The notes under the pieces are model-generated. The model ran no database searches. It saw only the letters and a list, made by a program, of their open reading frames with translations, and was not told where the DNA came from. 64,000 bases of DNA from Bacteroidales bacterium (lineage in GTDB: Bacteria; Bacteroidota; Bacteroidia; Bacteroidales; WRLA01), in NCBI GenBank assembly GCA_965230045.1, contig OZ245940.1, forward strand, positions 1,999,403-2,063,402. Reading direction: 5' to 3'. This document shows positions 47,503 to 57,170 of this stretch, one piece after another; position 1 is the first letter of the stretch, and each line of letters opens with the position of its first letter. The translations under genes and the position numbers were made by a program.

Positions 47503-48879
47503 ATGGCTAAAAATACAAAGAATATTTCAAACAGTGGCACAAAACCACAGGAAATTACACAAAAGAGCCTTTTTCCTCTCACCAGTTCAAATGGCAAAAA
47601 GGTTGAGGTTAACTTTACTTTGAAAAAGACATCAAGTGATGGCGGCCTATTATTGCTTCGCGAAGTAGAAAAACAGCTTGGTTTAATCGACAGCCTTGCA
47701 GGCTGCATTGAAGACCCCCGCAACCAAAGTTATGTCAAGCACAGCACAAAACGCCTTCTAAGCCAGCGTATTATGCAAATTGCTGCAGGCTATGAAGATG
47801 CAAATGACTGCAATGCGCTCAGGGACGATGAGGTAGTTAAGGTATGCTGTGAGACTACAGAAAGCCTTTCAGCCCAGCCTACAATGAGTCGTTTTGAGAA
47901 TCAAATCACGGCTTCTCAGAACTACAAAATGGCCAAGGTCTTTGTAGATAAATTTATCGCTTCCTATGACCACGAACCAAAAATTATTATACTTGATTCT
48001 GACGATACAAGCAGCTTAACATATGGTAATCAGCAGCTTACCATGTTCAATAATTACTACGGGGACTATTGCTATATGCCTTTGCACATATATGAAGGCT
48101 TTTCGGGCAAGCTGGTAACCACTATCCTCAAACCTGGCCGCCGCAGCAAAAGCCTTGATGTTTTTTCGATCCACAAACGCATCATAAGCTACCTGCGCCA
48201 GCATTGGCCCAACACGATGATCATCCTTAGGGGCGACAGCCATTTTTGTTCCAAAGAGTTTATGGAGTGGGCAAGGGAGAGCCATAGGGTTGAATTTATC
48301 ACAGGGCTCAGTGGCAATTCTGTTTTAAACCAAAAGGCCAAAATAACCATAGAAAGCGCCAAAAAAAACTTCCAACAGTCGGGTACACCAGTGAAACGTT
48401 ATCATAGCTTTCAATATCAGGCATCCAGTTGGGCTTTTGCCGAACGAGTGGTAGTCAAAGTAGAAGTAAGCAGCATGGGGACAAATGTAAGGTATATTGT
48501 CAGCAGCCTGCAAAATGTTCGTGCCAAGGCGCTTTACGAACAAGGATATTGTGCAAGGGGCGCAGCCGAATTGCGTATCAAAGAACATAAAACATACCTT
48601 AAGTCGGACAGGATGTCCTGCAACAGCTTTAAGGCCAATCAGTTCAGGTTGTTTTTGCATTCTGCTGCTTATGTCCTGATGCACAGCTTGCAAAGCATGG
48701 CGTTAGTAGGGACAGAGTTTGCTAAAGCAACTATGAAAACACTTCAATTGAAGCTGATCAAAGTAGCTGCCCGGGTCAAAGTACTGAAATCAAAAATTAA
48801 AATAGAGCTGCCTGCAGAATTTTACAGCGACCGGGTGTTTATGAAATGCTTTAAGAAATTTGAAACCCTAAGGATTTAG
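47503..48879 (+). CDS. IS1380-family DDE transposase (element ends not resolved)
   Basis: GGLLLLREVEKQLGLI, IAAGYEDANDCNALRDD, MSRFEN, ILDSDDT, RGDSHF and ELRIKEHKTYLKSDRMSC..F.ANQFRLFLHSAAYVL are typical IS1380 segments. Confidence 0.88.
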   Translation: MAKNTKNISNSGTKPQEITQKSLFPLTSSNGKKVEVNFTLKKTSSDGGLLLLREVEKQLGLIDSLAGCIEDPRNQSYVKHSTKRLLSQRIMQIAAGYEDANDCNALRDDEVVKVCCETTESLSAQPTMSRFENQITASQNYKMAKVFVDKFIASYDHEPKIIILDSDDTSSLTYGNQQLTMFNNYYGDYCYMPLHIYEGFSGKLVTTILKPGRRSKSLDVFSIHKRIISYLRQHWPNTMIILRGDSHFCSKEFMEWARESHRVEFITGLSGNSVLNQKAKITIESAKKNFQQSGTPVKRYHSFQYQASSWAFAERVVVKVEVSSMGTNVRYIVSSLQNVRAKALYEQGYCARGAAELRIKEHKTYLKSDRMSCNSFKANQFRLFLHSAAYVLMHSLQSMALVGTEFAKATMKTLQLKLIKVAARVKVLKSKIKIELPAEFYSDRVFMKCFKKFETLRI

Positions 48880-49362
48880 GCCAAAATTCGGTAAGCTAAT
48901 GTTCTTCAACATCTTGATGTCAAATAAAATTTTCAATGGGCTTTACGGGAAAACCCAAATAGGAAAATTATGCTCATAAGCCATGTGATTAGAGTAAATA
49001 TATAGAAATTTAAGCGATTATTCTTGATTCGCAATGCCTGACCCTGCTCGGTTAAAAAATTTTGTCTGTTTTTGGGAGTTTATGAATTAAACAGGCTATA
49101 GGTAAGCCGTATGAGGGAAAACTTCATAGCCTGTCCCGACTTATTCGGGATACGGTTTGATGAAGGGGGTACTGATAGCATACAAATAATTATTATCTTT
49201 ACGGAGATTAAATGGAGTGTGCTATCAGGCTCTACTCTACTGGCCAAGCAGGAGAGAACGTGCATGCGGAGAATAACGAGCATAAAAAGCGCATAATTTG
49301 CGGAGATTGTTTGATTTGCGGAGAAAAGGCCTTATATTTGCCGCATAAATTGCGGAGATATA

Positions 49363-50481
49363 GTGATGTATATTCATAATAGAACAAATTGGACAAATTT
49401 TACCTGGAACGACAAGAAAGTTTTGTTGAAACTAAGCGAAACTCGAAACTTGCAGGGAAAACTATTAGGGCGAATGGAGTCTCTTGGATTTGATTTGCAA
49501 AATGAAGCCATGTTGAATACTTTAACGCTTGAAATAGTCAAATCATCTGAAATTGAAGGAGAAATTCTTGAAAAAGAACAAGTTCGCTCATCAATTGCTC
49601 GTAGTCTTGGTATTGATATAGCAGGAGCAATTGAGTCTGAAAGACATATTGATGGCATCGTTGAAATGATGCTTGACGCAACCCAACGCTATGATCTACC
49701 TCTCACCAAAGAGAGATTATTTGGCTGGCATTCAGCATTATTCCCTACAGGTTGGAGTAAAATGTTTAAGATAGTCGTAGCGAACTGGAGAAAAGATTCC
49801 AAAGGCACAATGCAAGTCGTGTCAGGGCCATTAGGTAGAGAAAAGGTTCATTTTGAAGCCCCTGCTGCAGAACGGATTGACGCTGAAATGGATGAACTTA
49901 TTGATTGGATTGAAAATGAAAAAGGAGTTGACCCTGTTCTTAAAGCTGCAATATCTCACCTGTGGTTTGTTACCATTCATCCATTTGAGGACGGAAATGG
50001 ACGTATAACGAGAGCGATTACTGAGATGATTTTAGCTCGTTCTGATAAAAGTGTCAAACGTTTCTATAGTATGTCGGCTCAAATCCGAACTGAAAGAAAA
50101 CAATATTATGAGGTATTGGAAAAAACACAAAAAGGAGATTCTGACATAACCGAATGGATTTTATGGTTTTTGGATTGTTTGCAAGGAGCAATTAACTCTA
50201 CTTATGAAGTGCTTCAGAGAGTGCTGGAAAAAGCAGAATTTTGGAAAATTCATTCTACTACTATTTTAAATGAACGACAACAAAAAATGATTAATCGCTT
50301 GTTAGATGGATTTACAGGCAAACTTACAACTACAAAGTGGGGCAAGATTTGTAAATGCTCTCAAGATACTGCACTTAGAGACATACAGGACTTGATTAAG
50401 AAAGATATTTTGCAAAAAGAAGCTAGTGGAGGAAGAAGTACAAATTATGAATTGATACCAATGCCAGGCTATAACAATTAA
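49363..50481 (+). CDS. Fic-family protein (Fic/DOC fold with N-terminal inhibitory-helix motif and C-terminal wHTH)
   Basis: Active-site motif HPFEDGNGRITRA. An N-terminal SSEIEG fits the (S/T)xxxE(G/N) inhibitory motif. Confidence 0.92.
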   Translation: MMYIHNRTNWTNFTWNDKKVLLKLSETRNLQGKLLGRMESLGFDLQNEAMLNTLTLEIVKSSEIEGEILEKEQVRSSIARSLGIDIAGAIESERHIDGIVEMMLDATQRYDLPLTKERLFGWHSALFPTGWSKMFKIVVANWRKDSKGTMQVVSGPLGREKVHFEAPAAERIDAEMDELIDWIENEKGVDPVLKAAISHLWFVTIHPFEDGNGRITRAITEMILARSDKSVKRFYSMSAQIRTERKQYYEVLEKTQKGDSDITEWILWFLDCLQGAINSTYEVLQRVLEKAEFWKIHSTTILNERQQKMINRLLDGFTGKLTTTKWGKICKCSQDTALRDIQDLIKKDILQKEASGGRSTNYELIPMPGYNN

Positions 50482-50519
50482 GCGCCCTGGCTGTGCGCAG
50501 CGCGAAGTCTGGACGTCCC

Positions 50520-50643
50520 CCAGCTACCGCGCGTGTCCCCACGCGTGGTACTGCCCAGCTACCGCGCGTGTCCCCACGCGTGGTACTGCTTAAATGTCAA
50601 CCAAAATAACATCTTCGGGTATCCCTTTCTTTCTGCATAATCC
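50520..50643. repeat. Two full REP-like hairpin units plus the 89-bp direct repeat (50555..50643), copy 2
   Basis: cagctaccgcgcgtgtccccacgcgtggtactg occurs twice. The stem is taccgcgcgtg/cacgcgtggta with one G-T pair. Confidence 0.75.
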
Positions 50644-50815
50644 AATGCACTACTGAAAACACCAGGCCATCTTCGGCAGGCTTTTGATGAACGTACCTGA
50701 TTTTTTCCGAGATCACTTCATTGCTCAATAATTCAATCGGTTTACTGTCGTGCCTCCAGAATTGGTGGTTCTTGACATTTGAAGATTCTTTTACAGCTTT
50801 TGAGAAACTTTCCAA
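50597..50815 (-). pseudogene. RayT-like (COG1943, IS200/IS605-type Y1 transposase-like) C-terminal remnant, N-terminally truncated and frameshifted
   Basis: HQFWRHDSKPIELLSNEVISEKIRYVHQKPAEDGLV fits the conserved C-terminal half of this family. The expected ...SSALDYAERKG tail is readable only in another frame. Confidence 0.55.
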
Positions 50816-50953
50816 TAAGCATTCCTAATTGCACATGGAGTTGAACTTAAAAAAAACGCACAATTAGGAATTAGGGCAAGCTTGATGCTGCGCCAGTAGG
50901 AGAGGCAGTTCATCCCTCGCTTCTTTATGGAATGTTGCCTGGGCCGATAATTA

Positions 50954-51243
50954 GTTTCTGTCCATAATGTCCGATCTCAGTGTTATTCTTGTTCTGCAAC
51001 CAAGTCATTTACTAAGGTAAACTCCTTGTTTTCAGCCCTGCGAATGCCTCGACCTCGAACATTCTGAATCAGAAACCCGACTTTATAGACGAACTCTAAT
51101 TAGTGTTTGTCCACAGAGTCGGGTTTCTGAGCTAGAAAGTCCGATAACGAGGCTTGTGCAGCCCGAAAAAGCGGAGTTTACTGGGGTAAATGAGCATTTT
51201 TCGGGCAAGCGTAACGAAGTTAGCGGACTTTATAGACGGAAAC
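50954..51243. mobile_element. Tandem pair of MITE family A members (A1 inverted 50954..51096; A2 51103..51243) joined by TAATTA
   Basis: TAATTA at 50948..50953, 51097..51102 and 51244..51249. Confidence 0.88.
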
Positions 51244-51372
51244 TAATTATGGGCTTTCAATACCTGCAACCCAAAGCCTTAAGTCCTTTTAACTTATCCC
51301 AAAGTTATTCACAGAAGCACTTTGCAATCCAATTTTATTAATTTTGCAGAGTGAACATGCTAAAAGCACTGA

Positions 51373-52797
51373 ATGAATACACAATATGGTCCAATAGATG
51401 AGGAGGAATTCGGGGGGCTTCTGGGGCGCTATGAAGATATGCTGAACCGGAAGGAATCCTACTTCTTTGATGTGGAAGATTTCGAGAGCATCATTAACTA
51501 TTACCTTGATAATGACATGCTTTCGCGCGCCAATCAGGCATTGCGCTTTGCATTGCAGATTTATCCTTCTCATGTTAGCCTGAAAATTAAACAGGCACAA
51601 CTTTTCTCTGCCGAGAACAAAGAGGACAAGGCTTTGAACATCCTTTCTCAGGCCGAACAGCTGGAACCCGGAAATTCCGAAATATTCCTTACCAAAGGCG
51701 CTATATACAGTAAGCTCAACCGTAACGAAGCTTCTATTGCTGAATTTATGAAATCGCTCAGCGATGAAGACGTGCAGGAAGAAGCTTTTTCGAGCATTGC
51801 CCTCGAATATGAAAAGCTGGGCGAATACGGACAAGCAATTGATTACCTGAAGAAATCACTGGCGCTGGATTATGATAATGAATCGGTACTGACCGAGCTG
51901 GCTTTTTGCTACGAAATGGCGCAAAAGCACAGCGATGCTATTGGTTTTTACAAGGCTTATCTCGATGAACGCCCTTTTTCTACCATTGGCTGGTTTAATC
52001 TGGGTTTGGCTTATAGTGCCCTCGACCAGCAGGAAGAAGCCATTGATGCCTATGATTTTGCTTTGGCCATTGATGAAGAACATGCTTCATCCGTGTTCAA
52101 TCGGGCAAACAGCCTGGCCAATCTCGGACGTTATCAGGAGGCCATAGAATCGTACAGGGATTCTGCAAAATACGAACCCGGCGACTACCTTACCTATTTC
52201 TATATGGGCGAGTGCTTTGAAAAGCTGGGCGATTATGCCAATGCGCTGGAAAACTACCGCAAATCGCTCGAACTCGACAGTTTTTCATCAGATACCTGGC
52301 TGGGTATCGGTGTTTGCCTGGCCGAAATGGACCGTCCCTCAGAGGCTTTGCCTTATGTGGAAAAAGCTATTGAGCTGGAACCCAATACCGGCGATAACTG
52401 GTTTGTGATGGGCGACCTGCAAATGCGCCTGAATCGTTTTGATAAAGCAGTCGAAGCTTATAACCGCGTTATTTTTCTGGAAAAAGAAAATGCGGACGCA
52501 TGGCTGGAACGTGCTGCTGCCTATCTGGAACTCGAAAATACACAAGAAGCAATCGCATCACTGCAGGAGGCTTTGATCCATCTTCCGGCGAATCCTGTAC
52601 TGCATTTCCGACTGGCCGGCATTTTGGCTTTAAGTGGTGATGTCCCAACAGCTCTTGCAGAATTTGAAAAAGGACTGCAAATCAATGCCCGGCTCTTTCA
52701 TGAAACCTATGTTTATGATGCCGGTCTGGTTGAGAATGACGCTTTCCTGGATTTGCTGGATCAATACGCAGGCGAGGATTTTACCGACGAACAATAA
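51373..52797 (+). CDS. Tetratricopeptide-repeat (TPR) protein
   Basis: Repeated 34-aa A/Y/L patterns throughout (e.g. WFNLGLAYSALDQQEEAIDAYDFALAID). Confidence 0.85.
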   Translation: MNTQYGPIDEEEFGGLLGRYEDMLNRKESYFFDVEDFESIINYYLDNDMLSRANQALRFALQIYPSHVSLKIKQAQLFSAENKEDKALNILSQAEQLEPGNSEIFLTKGAIYSKLNRNEASIAEFMKSLSDEDVQEEAFSSIALEYEKLGEYGQAIDYLKKSLALDYDNESVLTELAFCYEMAQKHSDAIGFYKAYLDERPFSTIGWFNLGLAYSALDQQEEAIDAYDFALAIDEEHASSVFNRANSLANLGRYQEAIESYRDSAKYEPGDYLTYFYMGECFEKLGDYANALENYRKSLELDSFSSDTWLGIGVCLAEMDRPSEALPYVEKAIELEPNTGDNWFVMGDLQMRLNRFDKAVEAYNRVIFLEKENADAWLERAAAYLELENTQEAIASLQEALIHLPANPVLHFRLAGILALSGDVPTALAEFEKGLQINARLFHETYVYDAGLVENDAFLDLLDQYAGEDFTDEQ

Positions 52798-52900
52798 GAA
52801 CTGGAGCACAGGTTTTCTTTTGTCCGACAGGAGCATTAATAAAAAAGGATATTGCGAAACGCTTGATTATTCACAATTTGCCGATCAAAAATAAAAGCTG

Positions 52901-53515
52901 ATGAATATTTTCCGAAGATTATACGATTGGGTATTGCACTGGGCAGAAAGTCCTTATGGTGCAGTGGCGCTTTTTGTTTTGTCATTTGCCGAAGCATCAT
53001 TTTTCCCCATTCCGCCCGATCCTCTGCTGATTGCGCTGGTGCTGGGCGCGCAAAACAAAGCATTCCGCTATGCACTCAATGCAACCATTGGCTCGGCTAC
53101 CGGGGCCATTTTCGGATATTATATCGGCTATGCCATTTGGTGGGGCGCCGATGGTTCCTTCTCTTCCGTGGCCAATTTCTTTTTCGATAATATTCCCGGA
53201 TTTACCACAGCAGTTTTCGACCGCGTACAGGCATTATACGAACAGTGGAATTTCTGGGTGGTTTTCACCGCCGGATTTACACCTATTCCGTTTAAAGTAT
53301 TCACCATAGCAGCAGGCGCTTTCAATGTGAACATTTTTATGGTGGTCATTGCTTCTTTGGTGTCACGCGCCGGGCGTTTCTTCCTCGTGGCATGGCTCAT
53401 CTGGAAATACGGAAAATCCATTAAAGCATTCATCGACAAATACTTCAACCTGCTCGCCATCCTCTTTACTGTTCTTCTAATTGGTGGTTTTGTGGCGATC
53501 AAATATCTTTTTTAA
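52901..53515 (+). CDS. YqaA-family (DedA/VTT-related) membrane protein
   Basis: ESPYGAVALFVLSFAEASFFPIPPDPLLIALVLG is the typical YqaA N-terminus. Confidence 0.8.
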   Translation: MNIFRRLYDWVLHWAESPYGAVALFVLSFAEASFFPIPPDPLLIALVLGAQNKAFRYALNATIGSATGAIFGYYIGYAIWWGADGSFSSVANFFFDNIPGFTTAVFDRVQALYEQWNFWVVFTAGFTPIPFKVFTIAAGAFNVNIFMVVIASLVSRAGRFFLVAWLIWKYGKSIKAFIDKYFNLLAILFTVLLIGGFVAIKYLF

Positions 53516-53517
53516 GC

Positions 53518-54261
53518 ATGAAAACTTTTGGCCTGATCGGATATCCGCTGGGACATTCATGGTCGGCTGCTTATTTTTCTGAAAAGTTCCGCCGTTTGGG
53601 ACTTGATGATCATGCTTACCGGCTGTTTCCTCTAAAAAATATTCAGGAATTTACCGAACTCCGGAAAACTCATCCCCGGCTCATTGGGCTGAATGTGACG
53701 ATTCCTTATAAACAATCGGTAATCCCTTTTCTGGATTTGCTTGATGATGTGGCATCAGCTATTGGCGCAGTAAACTGCATACTAAAAAGCCCGGAAGGGA
53801 AATTCAAAGGTTTCAATACCGATGCTTTTGGTTTTGAAAAAGCTTTGCGTCTGAAAAACGGTCATCAACGAAAAAATGTTTTGGTATTGGGTACGGGCGG
53901 TGCATCAAAAGCTGTGGTTTATGTTTTGCGAAAGCTCGGAATTTCATATCAGTTGGTTTCCCGGAAAGCATCACCGAATATTCTGAGCTATAATAATTTA
54001 GATGCCAACACTTTCAAATGCTTTGATTTGATCATCAATACCACGCCTTTGGGAATGTGCCCCAATGTGGAAAGCTGTCCTGATCTACCCTGGGATGGGG
54101 CGGGCAGTCACCAGTTATTTTTTGATCTGGTGTATAATCCGGAGCAGACCGCATTTCTCGAAAAAGCAGCCGCAAGGGGAGCGCAAACCGAAAATGGCTC
54201 GAAAATGCTGGAATTGCAGGCCGATGCATCATGGGAAATATGGAATAAATCGCAGCTTTGA
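53518..54261 (+). CDS. aroE: Shikimate dehydrogenase
   Basis: FGLIGYPLGHSWS...GLNVTIPYKQ...VLGTGGASKAV. Confidence 0.9.
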   Translation: MKTFGLIGYPLGHSWSAAYFSEKFRRLGLDDHAYRLFPLKNIQEFTELRKTHPRLIGLNVTIPYKQSVIPFLDLLDDVASAIGAVNCILKSPEGKFKGFNTDAFGFEKALRLKNGHQRKNVLVLGTGGASKAVVYVLRKLGISYQLVSRKASPNILSYNNLDANTFKCFDLIINTTPLGMCPNVESCPDLPWDGAGSHQLFFDLVYNPEQTAFLEKAAARGAQTENGSKMLELQADASWEIWNKSQL

Positions 54262-54321
54262 ACGTTATTCCCTTTTTAACGTTATTTTTGGAGACACAAA
54301 CATCAATTATTTCAGAGATTT

Positions 54322-54633
54322 ATGTCAGTATTGCTCGAATTTGCTATGTTCCCAACCGATAAGGGAGCAAGCGTAAGTGCTTATGTGAAGCGCATCATTG
54401 CCCATATCCGCGATAAAGGATATAACTACAAACTTACTGCAATGGGAACCATTGTTGAAACCGAAACACTGGATGAAGCTTTGGAAGTGGTCAGGGAGTC
54501 CTATGCGCAGCTGGAGGAAGATTGCGAACGCGTGTATTCCAGTCTGAAATTTGATATCCGAAAAGGCAGCGAAAACCGCATGGACAAAAAACCGGCCAGT
54601 ATTGAAGAAAAAATAGGGAAAGTCAGTAAATGA
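54322..54633 (+). CDS. MTH1187/YkoF-family thiamine-binding protein (DUF77)
   Basis: VLLEFAMFPTDKGASVSAYVKRII..I...G..YKLTAMGTIVE. Confidence 0.8.
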   Translation: MSVLLEFAMFPTDKGASVSAYVKRIIAHIRDKGYNYKLTAMGTIVETETLDEALEVVRESYAQLEEDCERVYSSLKFDIRKGSENRMDKKPASIEEKIGKVSK

Positions 54634-55481
54634 GGATAAAGGATTTGTTTTTATTGGCCTTTTTGCTCTTGTTCACAGTTTCAGCAGCAAAAGCTCAGGA
54701 CAGTGCTGTGCGCTATCCGGTGCGGATTAATGGGCAATGGTTCAAGGATTTTGGGGGTGATTTTATTCAAACCGGTCTGGCTCCGTTAAAATGGGACGGC
54801 AGATCATGGATAAAATTTGGTGGCTTTGCAGCGGTAACCGGCGGATTGATGGTTTTTGATGAAGATATCCATACTTTTTTGCTTGATCATGATTCGCCAT
54901 TTATCACACAGCAAAGTGAGAATTTATTGAATGATATGTGGTCGTTTCAATATGTGCTGCCTGCCATGGGATTAACTTATGCCGCTGCCCGAATCGGTAA
55001 GAATGACCGCCTCGCTTTTACCAGCCTTACTGCTTTCCGGGCATTTATGGTCACCACGGTTTTTACGGGCGGCTTCAAAATGATGTTTCATCGTCACCGT
55101 CCCAACGAGCACGAGCCTCCGGATGCTTATATCTGGGACGGCCCTTCATTGAGTACGGATTTTTTATCATTCCCCTCAGGGCATTCTTCGCTTTCCTTTG
55201 CTGTGGCTGCGGTTGTAGCCTCCGAATATTCTGAAAATAAATGGGTAGGAGGGATCGCCTACGGTCTGGCAGGGCTTACTGCCATCTCGCGCATATACGG
55301 CAATAAACACTGGGCTTCCGATGTGCTTGCAGGTTCTGTTCTGGGCTATGCTATTGGCCGTTTTGTTCATAAACGTGCTTCAGGAAGAATGGATGCCGAA
55401 AAGAGGAAATTCAGTTTTGCCCCGGCAATTATGCCCGGTGGAGGTTCGGGTATTGTATTGACTTATAAAATTGGTGGTTAG
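54630..55481 (+). CDS. PAP2-family phosphatase
   Basis: KMMFHRHRP ... PSGHSS ... SRIYGNKHWASDV is the tripartite PAP2 motif. Signal peptide present. Confidence 0.88.
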   Translation: MRIKDLFLLAFLLLFTVSAAKAQDSAVRYPVRINGQWFKDFGGDFIQTGLAPLKWDGRSWIKFGGFAAVTGGLMVFDEDIHTFLLDHDSPFITQQSENLLNDMWSFQYVLPAMGLTYAAARIGKNDRLAFTSLTAFRAFMVTTVFTGGFKMMFHRHRPNEHEPPDAYIWDGPSLSTDFLSFPSGHSSLSFAVAAVVASEYSENKWVGGIAYGLAGLTAISRIYGNKHWASDVLAGSVLGYAIGRFVHKRASGRMDAEKRKFSFAPAIMPGGGSGIVLTYKIGG

Positions 55482-55483
55482 GA

Positions 55484-56161
55484 CTATTCCCTGATCAAGG
55501 CTTTTAAGGCCTGAACATTCAGGATCCGGATTTCTTTTCCATGTGTTTCAATGATTTTATCTTCGCGCAACTCTTTGATACTCCGTGCCAATGCCGGACG
55601 GCTAACGCCAAAAAGTACCGCCAATTGTTCCTGCGAACTTTCCATTATTAGGGTTTGTGACCGGGTCTCCCTGCTTTTTGTCAGGTAATAATGTGCCAGT
55701 TTCCCCTTGATGTCCTGAAAAAACAGGAATTTGATTTTTTCGGATAAAAATTGGGCCCGGCTGGAAATATTATCCAGGTAATTCCTTAAAATCAGCTCGT
55801 TGGCTCCAAGCAACTGCAGGAAATCATTTTTTGGGATATTGAGAACCCGGCTTTCTTCATTGGCAATAATGGAAACCGGATAATGGTTTTGTTTCCCAAA
55901 CAAAAATGCAGGAGCAAGCATACGTATGGCTTTTATATCTTCAATTTTTATCGCTTTTCCATTGAAGTCCATCATTTCACCGCGTACACTGCCGCTCAAA
56001 AGGATCAGTTGGGCAGTGGTTTCATCTCCGCTTTGTGCGATGAGGGATTCCCTTTTAAAACTCTTTTCCTGGTAATAGATTTGACTCAAAAGAAGTTCGA
56101 TTTCATGCTCTTTTAATCCCTTAAAAAGAATGCATTGGCTGAGATATGCGGCAGTTGTCAT
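55484..56161 (-). CDS. Crp/Fnr-family transcriptional regulator
   Basis: cNMP-binding-like fold. HTH SQEQLAVLFGVSRPALARSIKELRE. Confidence 0.88.
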   Translation of the reverse strand: MTTAAYLSQCILFKGLKEHEIELLLSQIYYQEKSFKRESLIAQSGDETTAQLILLSGSVRGEMMDFNGKAIKIEDIKAIRMLAPAFLFGKQNHYPVSIIANEESRVLNIPKNDFLQLLGANELILRNYLDNISSRAQFLSEKIKFLFFQDIKGKLAHYYLTKSRETRSQTLIMESSQEQLAVLFGVSRPALARSIKELREDKIIETHGKEIRILNVQALKALIRE

Positions 56162-56196
56162 AATATTTTGTTAATTTCGGTATTAAAATACCAAAT

Positions 56197-56241
56197 TGTA
56201 ACTTAGGTTACAGTTTCTAATCTGAGGGCACAATATATTTG
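56197..56241 (+). promoter_or_regulatory. Crp/Fnr-type operator TGTAA-N6-TTACA (56197..56212) plus -7 box TATATTTG (56234..56241) in the divergent intergenic region
   Basis: The 16-bp palindrome tgtaacttaggttaca is perfect. TATATTTG fits TAnnTTTG and lies 27 nt before the ATG at 56268. Confidence 0.55.
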
Positions 56242-56267
56242 TCTCAAAATTAAAAAAATGATACGCC

Positions 56268-57170
56268 ATGGAAAGAGAAATTGTTCATATCGACGAAGAA
56301 AAATGTAATGGTTGCGGACTTTGTGTGCCCGAATGCCATGAAGGTGCTTTGCAGATCATTGATGGAAAAGCGCGCCTGGTGAGTGATTTGATGAGCGATG
56401 GGTTAGGCGCTTGCCTGGGACATTGTCCGCAAGACGCCATCAGTATCGAAAAGCGTGAAGCACAGCCGTATAACGAAACAGAGGTAATTGCTTTAATGAT
56501 CCAAAAAGGCCGCAATACGGTTTTGGCACATATGAAGCACCTGAAAGATCATAATGAAACGGTCTATCTCAAAGAGGCCGTAAATTATTTGCTCGAAAAT
56601 GAAGGAAAAATCGATTTTGATGTAAAGGAAGTCATCCGCGAGGTGCATAACAGTGGCAAAAAACCACAAGCCGTTCAGCAAGTCGCTCAAATGCATCATC
56701 ACCATGGTGGGGGATGTCCGGGCTCAAAAAGTATGGACTTTGGAAATATTGATCCGGATGTGCCGGCTGCTGCCCTGGGAACGCAGGCCAGCCAACTAAA
56801 GCAGTGGCCGGTGCAAATGCATCTCGTGCAGCCCAATGCCAGCTATTTTCAAAATTCCGACCTTTTGCTTGCAGCCGATTGTGTTGCGTTTTCTATGGGA
56901 AATTTCCATCAGGATTACCTTAAAGGCAAAAGTCTGGCCGTGCTTTGCCCCAAGCTGGATCAGGGCATAGATTCTTATATCGAAAAAGTGCGCATGATGA
57001 TTGATGACGCAAAAGTGAATACCATCACAGTGATGATGATGCAGGTGCCTTGTTGCAGCGGTTTGCTCCATATCGTGAAAGCAGCACAGGCGAATGCAAA
57101 CAGAAAAGTGCCGGTGAAATCCATTATTGTTGGCTTGCAGGGGGAATTGCTGAAGGAAGAATGGGTGTAA
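56268..57170 (+). CDS. 4Fe-4S dicluster domain protein
   Basis: CNGCGLCVPEC and a second Cys cluster CLGHCP near the N-terminus. Histidine-rich linker and a Cys-containing C-terminal domain. Confidence 0.8.
   Translation: MEREIVHIDEEKCNGCGLCVPECHEGALQIIDGKARLVSDLMSDGLGACLGHCPQDAISIEKREAQPYNETEVIALMIQKGRNTVLAHMKHLKDHNETVYLKEAVNYLLENEGKIDFDVKEVIREVHNSGKKPQAVQQVAQMHHHHGGGCPGSKSMDFGNIDPDVPAAALGTQASQLKQWPVQMHLVQPNASYFQNSDLLLAADCVAFSMGNFHQDYLKGKSLAVLCPKLDQGIDSYIEKVRMMIDDAKVNTITVMMMQVPCCSGLLHIVKAAQANANRKVPVKSIIVGLQGELLKEEWV

Noticed and set aside
47093-47623. 176-aa plus-strand ORF
   Set aside because: It overlaps the minus-strand ORF at 47134..47391 and the start of the IS1380 transposase. It has no motifs and crosses what should be an IS boundary.
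47388-48945. Attempt to define IS1380 element ends from ttgaataaaatcaatgaagaac / gttcttcaacatcttgatgtcaaataaaattttcaa
   Set aside because: The two arms align only with large indels and no clear target duplication was found, so the ends are left unresolved.
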